From positions 829 to 64,828 of the forward strand of contig CAJWEW010000003.1 in assembly GCA_913030915.1 (NCBI GenBank): 64,000 nucleotides of DNA, in the 5' to 3' direction. Each line of letters opens with the position of its first letter. Positions within the stretch are counted from its first letter, which is position 1. Of the stretch, positions 45,602 through 56,792 are shown in pieces. This DNA is from an uncultured Rhodobiaceae bacterium (GTDB taxonomy: Bacteria; Pseudomonadota; Alphaproteobacteria; Rhizobiales; TMED25). The notes below the pieces were generated by a model. That model saw only the letters and a list, made by a program, of their open reading frames with translations, was not told the origin of the DNA and did no database searches. The position numbers and the translations under genes were made by a program.

Positions 45602-46987
45602 ATGATGTTTAATATTGCAAAAGTCCTGGCAGATATAGAAGCAGATAGTGATCAAAATATTGACTTACTGGCAGACCTACTAAAAATAAAATCTATATCA
45701 ACGATACCTGATTATGCGGATGAATGCTTTCAGGCCGCAGGTTGGCTCAAAGCATTCTTGGATAGTTTTGGAATGGACGCAATAATCTATGAGTCTGAGG
45801 GACATCCAATAGTCTTTTCGGACTATCAAACCTCACGACCAGATGCTAAAACAATTTTGTTTTATGGACATTATGACGTTCAGCCAGTTGATCCTGTTAG
45901 CTTATGGGACTCTGACCCTTTTGATCCCGTTTTATCTTCAATTGATAATGAGCCATGTATCATAGCCAGAGGTGCCAGCGATGATAAAGGTCAGTTATTA
46001 ACTTTTCTAATTGCACTGAAATATATCAAGAATGAAGTTGGAGAGCTTCCCTTCTCCTTAAAAATTATTTTAGAAGGAGAGGAAGAGTGCGGATCCAAGA
46101 CGCTACCAATTTTCCTAGAGGATTATAAGGATAAGCTATCAGCGGATATTGCATATGTTTGTGATACAGGAATGTGGGACAAAGATACTCCTGCAATCAC
46201 AAGAAGCCTTCGAGGCCTTCTGTCTGAGGAATTTAAAATAATAGGACCTGATCGTGATCTTCACTCTGGAGAATTTGGAGGAGTGGCATGGAATCCAATA
46301 AGAATAATCACTAAGATTTTATCGGATGTTTATGATGACGCAGGAAAAGTAACTATCCCTAACTTCTATGATGGCGTTAATGAAGTGAACAAGAGTATTA
46401 TCAATAGTTGGAAGAAATTGACTTTTAATGAAGCTGAATATTTGAATAAAATTGGTCAAAAATCTTCATCTGGAGAAACTGGTAGATCAATTTTTGAAAA
46501 GACATGGTCTAGACCTACTTTCGAGATAAATGGTATATTTGGTGGTTACACAGATGAGGGTACAAAAACTGTAATTCCATCGGAAGCAAATGCAAAAATT
46601 ACTTGCAGACTAGTCGGTAATCAGGACCCTGAAAAGATCTTAGAGAATATTCATAAATATATTAAAAGTAGTTTACCTGATGGTGTGCAGGTAATTTTCG
46701 ATGGAGCTGACCATTGCCGGGCTATTGAGTTCGACACAGATAGCTATTATTTCCAAGCTGCTTCAGAGGCCATTGAAGAGGAGTGGGGAGTAAGACCTGT
46801 TTTTACCGGTGGTGGTGGCTCAATTCCCGTGGTTGAGGCATTCAAGACTTTACTTAATATGGATACAGTCTTGATAGGGTTTGCTCTGGATGATGATCGT
46901 ATTCACAGCCCCAATGAAAAATATAATATCTCTTCATATGTGAAGGGGATTAAAACTTGGGCAAGAGTTATGGCAAAATATCAATAG
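45602..46987 (+). CDS. M20-family metallopeptidase (dipeptidase/deacylase type)
   Basis: 'FYGHYDVQP', 'RGASDDKGQ' and 'EGEEECGS' metal-binding motifs. ATG 45602 is preferred over the track start GTG 45596. Confidence 0.8.
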   Translation: MMFNIAKVLADIEADSDQNIDLLADLLKIKSISTIPDYADECFQAAGWLKAFLDSFGMDAIIYESEGHPIVFSDYQTSRPDAKTILFYGHYDVQPVDPVSLWDSDPFDPVLSSIDNEPCIIARGASDDKGQLLTFLIALKYIKNEVGELPFSLKIILEGEEECGSKTLPIFLEDYKDKLSADIAYVCDTGMWDKDTPAITRSLRGLLSEEFKIIGPDRDLHSGEFGGVAWNPIRIITKILSDVYDDAGKVTIPNFYDGVNEVNKSIINSWKKLTFNEAEYLNKIGQKSSSGETGRSIFEKTWSRPTFEINGIFGGYTDEGTKTVIPSEANAKITCRLVGNQDPEKILENIHKYIKSSLPDGVQVIFDGADHCRAIEFDTDSYYFQAASEAIEEEWGVRPVFTGGGGSIPVVEAFKTLLNMDTVLIGFALDDDRIHSPNEKYNISSYVKGIKTWARVMAKYQ

Positions 46988-47661
46988 TATTTCCCTTCAA
47001 CAATATTTCGTACATCACTCAAATCTGAGATCCAATAATCAGGATCTACGCCCTCTATCTTTTCGTCAAAGTAACCAAAGTCTACACAGGCGCATCGGAC
47101 ATTACAGTTTTTTGCAGTTAGAATATCAGTTGTTGTATCACCAACCATTAGAGTATCATTGGGCTTGATGTTAAATTTACTCATAAGACTCAAGAGGGGT
47201 AATGGGTTGGGTTTGCTCTGTGAAAGTGTATCTCCACCAATTATTTCATCAAAATAATCACTAATTCTAAGTTTACTGAGTACTAATTTTGCCAACTCTT
47301 CAGGCTTGTTAGTGCAAATATTGATAATAAAGCCATTCTCTTGTAACCATGATAATAATTTCTCAGCACCAGGATAAGGCCGACTTTTTTTGGATATATT
47401 TTTTTTATAAATTCTTAAAAATTGTGAAATTAACTTGTCCAATTCTTCTTTTGGCAGTTCTATTTTGTTATATTCCAGATGTTTCTTTATGAAGTACTCT
47501 CCTCCCTTTCCAATAAACTTTCGAGATGTTTCATAGTCTAATTTCACTTCAATAATTTCTTTTATCACTTGCCAGGCAGATTCAATTAGATCTGGAGCGG
47601 TGTCAATTAATGTACCATCAAGGTCAAAAACAACCATTTTTTGCCGTATGCGCTTAATCAT
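46981..47661 (-). CDS. gph: HAD-family hydrolase, phosphoglycolate-phosphatase-like
   Basis: 226 aa. 'VVFDLDGTLIDT', 'ICTNKP', 'SKPNP' and 'MVGDTTTD'. Confidence 0.65.
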   Translation of the reverse strand: MIKRIRQKMVVFDLDGTLIDTAPDLIESAWQVIKEIIEVKLDYETSRKFIGKGGEYFIKKHLEYNKIELPKEELDKLISQFLRIYKKNISKKSRPYPGAEKLLSWLQENGFIINICTNKPEELAKLVLSKLRISDYFDEIIGGDTLSQSKPNPLPLLSLMSKFNIKPNDTLMVGDTTTDILTAKNCNVRCACVDFGYFDEKIEGVDPDYWISDLSDVRNIVEGKYY

Positions 47662-47736
47662 TTTAAATTACTTTTCTTTTTTTATATGTTAAAAATATTA
47701 ATATATAAATGTATCATTTGGTCCAATTAATTTCTG

Positions 47737-48435
47737 ATGACTACACAACAAAAAAAAATTAATGCAGCGAAAATGGCTCTAAAAAAAATCAGGCCTGGAA
47801 TGTGTGTTGGACTGGGTACGGGATCAACTACGAATGAGTTCATAAAATTACTTGGTCAGGAAAAGGAATTATTAAAAACCCTGAGATACGCGAGTTCATC
47901 AATCCAAACTGAGATGTTCGCAAAGAAATACTCAATTATTTGTGAAGACATTGACCAATTTAACCAACTAGATCTTACAGTTGATGGCGCTGATGAAGTA
48001 AGTAGACATGGTGATATGATAAAGGGTGGCGGTGGAGCGTTGCTGAGAGAGAAAATGCTTGCATCTATTTCGAAAGACTATCTTATAATTGTTGATGACA
48101 CAAAGATGGTTGAGTATTTGGGTGTATTTCCTTTACCTGTGGAGATAATAAACTTTTCGCCCAATACAACTATTAATCTATTAAAAAGAGCGTTCAAAAC
48201 ATGCAACTTGGATCCGGAAGTAGTAATTAGGGTTAATAGCGATGGTTCTAATGTAATTACAGATGGTGGTAATATAATCCTTGATTGCCATTGTGGAGAG
48301 ATTTTAGATCCAAATTTGTTAAAGAAAAAAATTGAGGAGATTCCAAATGTCATTACAAGTGGGTTTTTCTTAAATATGTTAAATTCTGTTTTTGTAGGTG
48401 ATGAAGAAGGTTCTAACGAGGTTTTTTTTGAATGA
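47737..48435 (+). CDS. rpiA: ribose-5-phosphate isomerase A
   Basis: 232 aa. 'GLGTGSTT', 'VDGADEV' and 'IKGGGGALLREK'. Confidence 0.9.
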   Translation: MTTQQKKINAAKMALKKIRPGMCVGLGTGSTTNEFIKLLGQEKELLKTLRYASSSIQTEMFAKKYSIICEDIDQFNQLDLTVDGADEVSRHGDMIKGGGGALLREKMLASISKDYLIIVDDTKMVEYLGVFPLPVEIINFSPNTTINLLKRAFKTCNLDPEVVIRVNSDGSNVITDGGNIILDCHCGEILDPNLLKKKIEEIPNVITSGFFLNMLNSVFVGDEEGSNEVFFE

Positions 48436-48932
48436 GTATACTCCGATTGGGAAGAGTGAAATTATTTAGGTTATTTTTATTGATAGTATTATTATTTCTT
48501 ACTTTTAATTCACCGCTGCACTCGGAAGAATTCGAAAAAAAAGTGAGGGAGCATGTTATTAAATACTATGTAAATGATATATTTTTTGAAGTTCAGGAAC
48601 AAATTAAACAAAAAATTAAATATGACGTAAAAAATCAGGAAATAAATATAAAGTCTGAAGATCTTGATAAAATTGCGAATATAATCTCATACAACATTGC
48701 TGAGACTTTAGAAGAGTTTGTTCCTGACGTAGCAACAAAAATTATGATGAAATATTATACTGAAAATGAAATTGGTATTCTGAATGAACTTTACGCAACT
48801 AAGACTGATGATGATTTAAGTTTTGCAAAAAAAAATTACTACTTTCAAAGAGAGCTTAATGCAACCATAATGACACATCTATATAATAATATTGAAAGTA
48901 TGATTGAGAGTGAGTTAACATATACAGAATAG
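48432..48932 (+). CDS. secreted hypothetical protein (possibly DUF2059-like)
   Basis: 166 aa with a signal peptide (LFRLFLLIVLLFLTF). ATGA overlap with the rpiA stop. Family assignment is weak. Confidence 0.4.
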   Translation: MSILRLGRVKLFRLFLLIVLLFLTFNSPLHSEEFEKKVREHVIKYYVNDIFFEVQEQIKQKIKYDVKNQEINIKSEDLDKIANIISYNIAETLEEFVPDVATKIMMKYYTENEIGILNELYATKTDDDLSFAKKNYYFQRELNATIMTHLYNNIESMIESELTYTE

Positions 48933-48948
48933 CGGTAAATACTCAATA

Positions 48949-50316
48949 ATGAAAAATAAGAACACAGATTTTGATTTATTTGTCGTCGGAGCTGGGTCTG
49001 GCGGCGTAAGAGCTGCCAGACTTGCATCCCAGTCAGGCGCAAAAGTCGGTATAGCTGAGAAGGATAGAATAGGTGGTACGTGTGTTATTAGGGGGTGTGT
49101 ACCGAAGAAATTTTTCAGCTATAGCAGTAAATTTGCTAAGCATAATACTGTAGCTAAGAGCTATGGATGGCATCATGAAGAAACAACATTTTCCTGGGAT
49201 AAATTAATTGAGAATAAAAATAAACAAATTGAGAAGTTAAGTAGTATATATCGCTCCAATTTAGAAAAGGCAGGCGTTAAAATTTTTGAGTCGGAGGCAA
49301 ACATTATTGGCTCAAATATTGTTAGGCTCTCAAATGGAGACGAATATTATGCAAAAAAAATACTAATTGCAACAGGTGCAAAACCAAATTTCCCTGATAT
49401 AAAAGGTGCAAAATACGGCATATCATCAGATGATTTTTTTGAGTTGGAGAAACTTCCGCAAAAGATAATAGTTGTTGGTGGCGGTTATATTGCACTAGAA
49501 TTTTCGTCGATTATTTCAGGTTTAGGTAGTAAGTGTGATTTGCTCTATCGCGGCGACAAATTATTAAAGGGTTTTGATCAAGATATTAGCAGAATTATTA
49601 CACAAGAATTGCAGTCCGAAAAATGTAATGTGAGATTAAATACAGATGTAATTGAAATAACTAAGAATGAAAATCAGTTTGAGGTATTAACAAGTGATGG
49701 TGACCGTCTAAAGGCAGACTTGGTTTTATTTGCAACAGGAAGACTCGCGAATGTTGATTGTATAAATAAAGATTTAAAAATTAAAATCAATTTCAATAAT
49801 AGCGTATGGGTTAATAAGAAATACCAAACAACAATACCAAGTATATTTGCCGTCGGCGATGTTTCAAATAGTGATCATTTGACGCCAGTTGCAATAAGAG
49901 AAGCTATGATTTTTGCCAGAAATGAATTTGAAAAAGATAATGGTAACTATGTTATTGAAAATATTCCAACAGCAGTATTTTCAAGTCCAGAAATTGGAAC
50001 CGTTGGGCTTAACGAGGATCAGGCTTTAAAAAAATACAAGAAAATAGACATATATACATCATCATTTAGACCCCTTTATTACACGCTATCAGATATCAAT
50101 ATAAAAACTTACATTAAACTAATAATAAATAATAAGTCTCAAAGATTGGTCGGCTTTCATATGGTAGGGGATGACGCTGCGGAGATTACACAAATAATCT
50201 CAACACTAATAAATAAAAAAATCAAAAAAAGTGATCTAGATAACACAATCCCTCTTCACCCCTCAACGTCTGAAGAAATTATGACGATGAGAGATATGGT
50301 GACGAAGGAAATATAA
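48949..50316 (+). CDS. gor: glutathione-disulfide reductase
   Basis: 455 aa. 'VVGAGSGGVRAAR', redox-active 'GGTCVIRGCVPKK', 'GGGYIALEF' and C-terminal 'HPSTSEE'. Confidence 0.85.
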   Translation: MKNKNTDFDLFVVGAGSGGVRAARLASQSGAKVGIAEKDRIGGTCVIRGCVPKKFFSYSSKFAKHNTVAKSYGWHHEETTFSWDKLIENKNKQIEKLSSIYRSNLEKAGVKIFESEANIIGSNIVRLSNGDEYYAKKILIATGAKPNFPDIKGAKYGISSDDFFELEKLPQKIIVVGGGYIALEFSSIISGLGSKCDLLYRGDKLLKGFDQDISRIITQELQSEKCNVRLNTDVIEITKNENQFEVLTSDGDRLKADLVLFATGRLANVDCINKDLKIKINFNNSVWVNKKYQTTIPSIFAVGDVSNSDHLTPVAIREAMIFARNEFEKDNGNYVIENIPTAVFSSPEIGTVGLNEDQALKKYKKIDIYTSSFRPLYYTLSDINIKTYIKLIINNKSQRLVGFHMVGDDAAEITQIISTLINKKIKKSDLDNTIPLHPSTSEEIMTMRDMVTKEI

Positions 50317-50403
50317 AAAATACATTATTTACTAATATTAATAGCTTGTTATCACAACTAGCATTATATATATAATAAACGGAATTTATTTTTGGAGAAA
50401 TCT

Positions 50404-51750
50404 ATGCAAAATTGGTCACCTTCAAGTTGGAGAGAGAAGCCTATCAGGCATGTACCAGTCTATGGACATGAGGCACACCTTCACGAAGTTGAAAAAACTA
50501 TTGCAACATATCCACCGCTTGTTTTTGCGGGGGAAGCAAGGGATCTCAAAGAAAAGCTTGCTTTAGCCAGCCAAGGAAAAGCTTTTTTGCTCCAGGGTGG
50601 TGACTGTGCTGAGTCCTTTGCTGAACATAATCCAGACAACATTAGAGATATTTTTAGATTATTCTTACAGATGTCAGCTGTTTTAATATTTGCGACATCA
50701 CTACCTGTAATAAAAGTTGGCAGAATTGCAGGACAATTTGCAAAGCCAAGATCTTCGGATACAGAAGAAGCAAATGGCGAAGAGCTTATAAGCTACAGGG
50801 GTGATATTATTAATGGAATTGAATTTGATAAAGCTGCTCGAAACCCCGATCCTGAAAGACTCTTGAAGTCATATAGGCAATCGGCAGCAACTGTAAATCT
50901 ACTAAGGGCATTTTCTCAAGGCGGATACGCTGATTTGGAGAGAGTTCATAGTTGGACACTTGATTTTCTTGAAAACTCTCCAATTGGAGAAAAATACTCA
51001 GATTTAGCAGTGCAAATCTCAAAATCATTGGGTTTCATGAGGGCCTGTGGTATCACTCCCGAGTCAGTCCCCCAATTAAGAACAACAGATTTGTATACAA
51101 GTCATGAGGCTTTATTGCTTGGCTATGAAGAATCAATGACAAGAGTCGACTCAATAACAGATGATTGGTATGCAACATCAGGACATATGGTTTGGATTGG
51201 TGATCGAACAAGAGATCCAAACGAAGCACATGTTGAGTATTGCAGGGGAATCAATAATCCACTTGGAATAAAATGTGGACCATCCCTTGACCCTGAAACC
51301 TTAATTACATTGTTAGATATTCTGAATCCAAATAATGAGCCGGGAAGGATAACCCTCATCGCCAGATTTGGGCATGAAAATGTAGAAAAACATTTACCAG
51401 GATTTATAGATATCGTTAAAAAAGAAGATAGAAGCGTTTTATGGTCTTGTGATCCAATGCACGGTAATACAATTAAGTCCGAGTCAGGTTTCAAGACTCG
51501 CCCATTTGAACTTATAATGAATGAAGTCAGGAATTATATGAAAATCCATAAGGATAAAGGCTCTTTCCCGGGCGGAATACACATTGAAATGACCGGTAAA
51601 AATGTTACAGAGTGTGTAGGTGGAGCTGTTCCAATCAGAGATGAAGATTTATCAAGTAGATATCACACACACTGCGATCCAAGATTAAATGCAGATCAGG
51701 CACTAGAATTGGCATTCTTAGTCGCTGATGAATTGAGCTCGACGTTGTAA
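50404..51750 (+). CDS. aroH: class II 3-deoxy-7-phosphoheptulonate (DAHP) synthase
   Basis: '[13 protein letters not shown]', '[11 protein letters not shown]', '[11 protein letters not shown]', 'WIGDRTR' and 'DPMHGNT'. ATG 50404 is preferred over the track start TTG 50392. Confidence 0.9.
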   Translation: MQNWSPSSWREKPIRHVPVYGHEAHLHEVEKTIATYPPLVFAGEARDLKEKLALASQGKAFLLQGGDCAESFAEHNPDNIRDIFRLFLQMSAVLIFATSLPVIKVGRIAGQFAKPRSSDTEEANGEELISYRGDIINGIEFDKAARNPDPERLLKSYRQSAATVNLLRAFSQGGYADLERVHSWTLDFLENSPIGEKYSDLAVQISKSLGFMRACGITPESVPQLRTTDLYTSHEALLLGYEESMTRVDSITDDWYATSGHMVWIGDRTRDPNEAHVEYCRGINNPLGIKCGPSLDPETLITLLDILNPNNEPGRITLIARFGHENVEKHLPGFIDIVKKEDRSVLWSCDPMHGNTIKSESGFKTRPFELIMNEVRNYMKIHKDKGSFPGGIHIEMTGKNVTECVGGAVPIRDEDLSSRYHTHCDPRLNADQALELAFLVADELSSTL

Positions 51751-51761
51751 AAATATTACTC

Positions 51762-53435
51762 ATGGTAGATGAAATAAAAAATAAAGTTAATATAGCTTTA
51801 GCTCAGTATAATCCAACTGTTGGAAATGTATCAGGGAACTTTGACCTTGTATTGAAGGCAAGAGATCATGCAGCAAATGAAAAAGCCGATCTAGTCGTTT
51901 TTTCAGAGCTTTTTTTATCTGGTTACCCGCCGGAGGATTTGGTCCTGAGGAATTCATTTCTTGAGGAAATTACATACTATTTTGAGAAATTGGTAAAAAT
52001 AACAGAGGATGGTGGACCAGCAATCCTTATTGGCTTACCAACAATTCAAAAGGATAAGATTTTTAATTCTGCAGCTTTAATTGATAATGGTGAAATAGTT
52101 GCCACACAAAATAAAGTGCATTTACCCAATTACGATGTATTTGATGAAGAGAGAATTTTTAGTCAAGGAGAAATGCCTGGGCCTATGAATTTTCGTGGGC
52201 TAAAAATCGGTGTCGCGATATGTGAGGATATATGGTTTGATGATGTTACCGAATGTCTAATGGAGACTGGCTCAGAGTTACTAGTGATACTAAACGGTTC
52301 CCCATACAACCGAAATAAACAAGAAAAGCGGATGAATATTGTATTAGAAAGAGTAGTGGAAACCAAGCTGCCCCTAATTTATGTAAATCAAGTGGGGGGT
52401 CAAGACGAACTTGTCTTTGATGGAGGATCTTTTGTAGTTAATTCTGATTATCGCATTGTTGCAAAATTATCAAATTTTGTTTCTGAAATTAAGACAACTG
52501 AATGGGGAAAAGAAGACGAAAAATGGTTTTGTAATAGCAATATCCAAGGTCCGAAAACCAATGAATTGATAGATAATTATTCTGCCTGTGTTGTTGGCTT
52601 GAGAGATTATATAAAGAAAAATAAATTCTCAGAAGTAATTATTGGATTATCAGGCGGTATAGACTCTGCTCTAGTTTCCTGTATTGCCGTTGATGCGCTT
52701 GGCCATCAAAATGTTCAATGCGTTATGCTGCCATCTAAATATACAAGCGATGAAAGCCTAGATGATGCTATTCAATGTGCAAAAAATCTTAAAATAAGCC
52801 CTGATGAGATTGCAATAAATAAAATTGTTGAGACAGCTGAAATGCAGCTTAACCCATTTTTTAAAGATACAGAAAAAGATATAACAGAAGAAAATATACA
52901 ATCAAGAATAAGAGCTGTATTATTGATGGCATTATCAAATAAGTTCAATCGATTATTGCTGACAACGGGAAATAAATCTGAAATGGCTGTTGGTTACGCT
53001 ACATTATATGGTGATATGTCAGGTGCTTTTAATCCTATAAAAGATCTCTATAAAACAGAAGTTTATAAAATAGCCGAAATGAGAAATGAAATAAGACCAT
53101 CAGGATGCCTTGGTCCAGAGGGTGAGGTAATACCGAAGAATATCATTATTAAAGCTCCAACAGCGGAGCTAAGAGAAAATCAGACGGACCAAGATTCATT
53201 GCCCGACTACGATATTCTTGATGATATTTTATTTAAATTAATTGAAGAAGAAATGTCAGTTGAAGATATAATTGACTCTGGGCATGATAGTAATTGGGTA
53301 TCAAGAATACAAAACCTACTTTACATATCTGAGTATAAAAGAAGACAAGCTCCACCAGGCGTAAAAATATCTAACAAAAATTTTGGTAAAGACAGACGCT
53401 ATCCAATAACTAATAACTTTAGAGATAAAAGCTAG
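51762..53435 (+). CDS. nadE: glutamine-dependent NAD+ synthetase
   Basis: 557 aa. N-terminal CN-hydrolase domain ('VVFSELFLSGY', 'AICEDIW') plus a PP-loop 'GLSGGIDSAL' synthetase domain. Confidence 0.9.
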   Translation: MVDEIKNKVNIALAQYNPTVGNVSGNFDLVLKARDHAANEKADLVVFSELFLSGYPPEDLVLRNSFLEEITYYFEKLVKITEDGGPAILIGLPTIQKDKIFNSAALIDNGEIVATQNKVHLPNYDVFDEERIFSQGEMPGPMNFRGLKIGVAICEDIWFDDVTECLMETGSELLVILNGSPYNRNKQEKRMNIVLERVVETKLPLIYVNQVGGQDELVFDGGSFVVNSDYRIVAKLSNFVSEIKTTEWGKEDEKWFCNSNIQGPKTNELIDNYSACVVGLRDYIKKNKFSEVIIGLSGGIDSALVSCIAVDALGHQNVQCVMLPSKYTSDESLDDAIQCAKNLKISPDEIAINKIVETAEMQLNPFFKDTEKDITEENIQSRIRAVLLMALSNKFNRLLLTTGNKSEMAVGYATLYGDMSGAFNPIKDLYKTEVYKIAEMRNEIRPSGCLGPEGEVIPKNIIIKAPTAELRENQTDQDSLPDYDILDDILFKLIEEEMSVEDIIDSGHDSNWVSRIQNLLYISEYKRRQAPPGVKISNKNFGKDRRYPITNNFRDKS

Positions 53436-53440
53436 AATTT

Positions 53441-54787
53441 ATGGCAGATAATAAGCTCAGATTTGCGCCAAGCCCCACTGGTGACCTCCACATCGGTAAC
53501 GCGAGAACATTGATTCTCAACTATGTTTATTCTAAATCAATCTTAGGAGATTTAATCCTTAGAATTGATGATACAGATCAAGATAGATCTGAGGAAAAAT
53601 ACTACCGCTCCATAATTAAAGATATTGAATGGTTAAAAATTTCACCCTCCGCAATTGAGAAGCAATCATCAAAAACTGAGAAATATGCAGAAATCAGAGA
53701 TTACCTGATCAAAGAGGGCCATTTATATCCTTGTTATGAGACAGACGAAGAGTTGAATAGATTAAGAAAAGTTAGTTTATCAAGTGGTCTGCCTCCCATC
53801 TATGATAGAGCGTCACTAAAACTAACAAAGGACGAAATAAAAGACTATGAGTCAAATGGCATAAAGCCATATTGGAGATTTAAATTAGACAGAAAAACTA
53901 TAACTTGGAATGATCTTGTAAGAGGGGAGCAGAGCATTGCATGCGACTCATTTTCAGATCCTGTCCTGATAAGAGCCGATGGGACATTTTTATACACATT
54001 GCCGAGTGTGGTTGATGACATTGATATGGGCATCACACATATATTAAGAGGTGAAGATCATGTATCAAATACTGCTACCCAAATCCAATTATTTAGGATT
54101 TTAGGGTCAAAAATACCAAATTTTGGTCACCACAGCTTAATGGTTCAAAAGGATGGGTCGCGCATGTCTAAAAGGATTGGTTCAATGTCGTTAAAAGATA
54201 TCAGAGATCGTGGAATTGAGGCAATGACACTAATTAATTATTGCGCTCGAATTGGTACCTCAGATGCTATAGAAGCGTTTCAATCGATCGATGAATTAGT
54301 TGGTGATTATAGTCTAACAAAAATATCGCGTTCACCAGCAAGATTTAGCTTTGATGAAATCATGAATTTAAATAAGAAAATTATACAGAATATTTCATTT
54401 CAAACACTAGCTACACGGCTCTCTGAGTTGGGCATAGATGGAAATTATGCAGAGATGTTTTGGGATACAGTCAAGACAAATATAAATACCGTAAATGAAG
54501 CACAAAAATGGTGGAGCATAATAAAGAATGATAAAATAAATATAAATGTTGGAGAGCTTAATCGTGATTTTTTAAAAGTTGCTCAAGAAGCTCTTCCAAA
54601 TATACCATGGGATAACAAAACCTGGTCAATATGGACAGAAGAAATATCACAAAAGACGGGGCTTAAGGGAAGAGAATTATTTCTACCGTTGAGGATTGCG
54701 CTGACTGGAGAAAATTCTGGCCCTGAACTCGCATCATTTATATTACTGCTTGGAAGAGAGTTAGTCTTAGACAGGTTAAACATTTAA
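53441..54787 (+). CDS. gltX: glutamate--tRNA ligase
   Basis: 448 aa. 'RFAPSPTGDLHIGNART' (HIGH) and 'RMSKR' (KMSKS). Confidence 0.9.
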   Translation: MADNKLRFAPSPTGDLHIGNARTLILNYVYSKSILGDLILRIDDTDQDRSEEKYYRSIIKDIEWLKISPSAIEKQSSKTEKYAEIRDYLIKEGHLYPCYETDEELNRLRKVSLSSGLPPIYDRASLKLTKDEIKDYESNGIKPYWRFKLDRKTITWNDLVRGEQSIACDSFSDPVLIRADGTFLYTLPSVVDDIDMGITHILRGEDHVSNTATQIQLFRILGSKIPNFGHHSLMVQKDGSRMSKRIGSMSLKDIRDRGIEAMTLINYCARIGTSDAIEAFQSIDELVGDYSLTKISRSPARFSFDEIMNLNKKIIQNISFQTLATRLSELGIDGNYAEMFWDTVKTNINTVNEAQKWWSIIKNDKININVGELNRDFLKVAQEALPNIPWDNKTWSIWTEEISQKTGLKGRELFLPLRIALTGENSGPELASFILLLGRELVLDRLNI

Positions 54788-54800
54788 GAGTAAAAAAAAA

Positions 54801-54845
54801 TTGATTTATATTTAGGGTGGTGTATAATCGAACGATCGTTCTATT
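54801..54845 (+). promoter_or_regulatory. putative sigma70-type promoter with an overlapping palindromic operator upstream of the TetR gene
   Basis: TTGATT (54801-54806), a 16-nt spacer, then TATAAT (54823-54828). The perfect 12-bp palindrome gaacgatcgttc (54830-54841) follows immediately, and extends imperfectly to aatcgaacgatcgttctatt. Confidence 0.45.
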
Positions 54846-54854
54846 GGTGGCTCC

Positions 54855-55421
54855 ATGGTTAAAATCGTATCTTATAAAGATTTAGTTGATAAGCTTACAG
54901 ATATATTCTGTGAGTATGGCTATGACGGCACAAGTTTGACAATTTTATCCCAAAATACAGGATTAGGGCGCGCAAGTTTGTACTATCACTTTCCTGGAGG
55001 AAAAGAAGAGATGGCCAACGCAGTATATGAGAAAATAACTCGTGATTTCACAAAATTAGTTTTATCACCTCTCGCGACTGATCACAATTTTCCAACCAAG
55101 ATTAAAAATATGCTAGAGGGTATTAATTTATTTTACAATAATGGTCAGAGATCATGCCTCTTAGACGTATTTGCAATTGGTTCAACTAAGGATATTTTCA
55201 ATTTACAAATAAAGAATGCAGCGCTCTATTGGAAAGACTCACTCGTTAAAATTATTGAGGATGAAGGAATTGATAATAATAGGGCAATTCTGTTATCAGA
55301 GGAAATTATCATTTCAATTGAAGGAGCCCTTGTTTTTGCAAGAGCTACAGGTGATTTTGAGAGTTTTAATAGAGCCCTCGAGAATATATTATTAACCATT
55401 ACAAAAAATATCTTGGATTAA
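54855..55421 (+). CDS. TetR/AcrR-family transcriptional regulator
   Basis: 188 aa. N-terminal HTH 'GYDGTSLTILSQNTGLGRASLYYHFPGGKEEM'. Confidence 0.8.
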   Translation: MVKIVSYKDLVDKLTDIFCEYGYDGTSLTILSQNTGLGRASLYYHFPGGKEEMANAVYEKITRDFTKLVLSPLATDHNFPTKIKNMLEGINLFYNNGQRSCLLDVFAIGSTKDIFNLQIKNAALYWKDSLVKIIEDEGIDNNRAILLSEEIIISIEGALVFARATGDFESFNRALENILLTITKNILD

Positions 55422-55427
55422 TATATT

Positions 55428-56792
55428 ATGGATATTTTTCTTTATAATTCACTGACCAAACAAAAAGAGAAATTTACCCCTATAGAACCTAGCTCTATTA
55501 AGATGTATGTATGCGGACCAACTGTTTATGATGAGCCACATATTGGGAATGCAAGGCCTGTCATAGTCTTTGATTTATTATTTCGATTACTCAGGCATAA
55601 ATATGGAAATGATAAGGTCAACTATGTCCGAAATATAACAGATGTTGATGATAAAATTAACAAGATAGCATTGCAAAAATATCCAGATTTAGACATCAAC
55701 AAAGCAATCGGTCAAATTACCAATAAAATCGAAACAATATATAAAGATACTGCAATTAAATTGGGCTGCCTTGCTCCATCAAAAGAGCCTCGCGCAACAG
55801 AACATATCACTGAAATGATTAATATAATTGACAGCCTAATAAAAAATAACAAGGCATATGTAAGCGAGGGTCATGTAATATTTGATATTAATTCATACTC
55901 AAATTACGGTCATTTATCTAATAAATCAAAGGAAGACTTATTGGCTGGTGCGCGAATTGAAGTTGCGACCTATAAACGAGATCCTTTAGATTTTGTATTA
56001 TGGAAACCAAGTGCATTAAATGAGCCATCTTGGGATAGTCCGTGGGGTAGGGGAAGACCCGGTTGGCACATAGAATGCTCAGCTATGTCCGCTAAATATT
56101 TAGGTAAGGTTTTTGATATTCATGGTGGGGGTATTGATCTTGCTTTTCCACATCACGAGAATGAAATTGCTCAATCATGCTCTTTCAATAATAATGACAA
56201 GTTGGCAAGTTATTTTATTCATAATGGAAGTCTGAATATTGAAGGTAAAAAAATGTCTAAATCAGCTGGTAATGTGACATTACTGACAGAAACCCTTCAA
56301 AGCTTCCATGGTTCTATTGTAAGACTTAATATGCTTCGTACACACTACAGGCAGCCAATTGATTGGACAGAAAGAAGTCTTGAACAAACAGAAAATGTTA
56401 TAAGAAAATGGTTGTCAGCCGAGAAAGATATAAATACTGAATTCAATGAAGAAGTTCCAACAGAGGTGTATGAGTCGCTTTTTGATGATATGAATACTCC
56501 AATGGCAATTACTCATATGCATGAATATTTTAATAAACAAGAATATAATAAACTTTATGCGTCATTAGATTTTTTGGGTATTGATCTGAAAAGTTTCAAT
56601 GATACCCTCAAAAAAGATAAAAAAATACCTCAGATTAATGAAGAAGCAATACAGGTATTGATTGAAGAAAGAAATTTGGCTCGTGCAAATAAAGATTACA
56701 AAAAATCAGATGAAATAAGAAATAAGCTTGAAATAATGGGAATTAGGCTTAAAGATATGGCAAATGGAACCGCATGGGAGCAAATTGAGTGA
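55428..56792 (+). CDS. cysS: cysteine--tRNA ligase
   Basis: 454 aa. 'MYVCGPTVYDEPHIGNARP', 'GWHIECSAM' and 'KMSKSAGN'. Confidence 0.95.
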   Translation: MDIFLYNSLTKQKEKFTPIEPSSIKMYVCGPTVYDEPHIGNARPVIVFDLLFRLLRHKYGNDKVNYVRNITDVDDKINKIALQKYPDLDINKAIGQITNKIETIYKDTAIKLGCLAPSKEPRATEHITEMINIIDSLIKNNKAYVSEGHVIFDINSYSNYGHLSNKSKEDLLAGARIEVATYKRDPLDFVLWKPSALNEPSWDSPWGRGRPGWHIECSAMSAKYLGKVFDIHGGGIDLAFPHHENEIAQSCSFNNNDKLASYFIHNGSLNIEGKKMSKSAGNVTLLTETLQSFHGSIVRLNMLRTHYRQPIDWTERSLEQTENVIRKWLSAEKDINTEFNEEVPTEVYESLFDDMNTPMAITHMHEYFNKQEYNKLYASLDFLGIDLKSFNDTLKKDKKIPQINEEAIQVLIEERNLARANKDYKKSDEIRNKLEIMGIRLKDMANGTAWEQIE

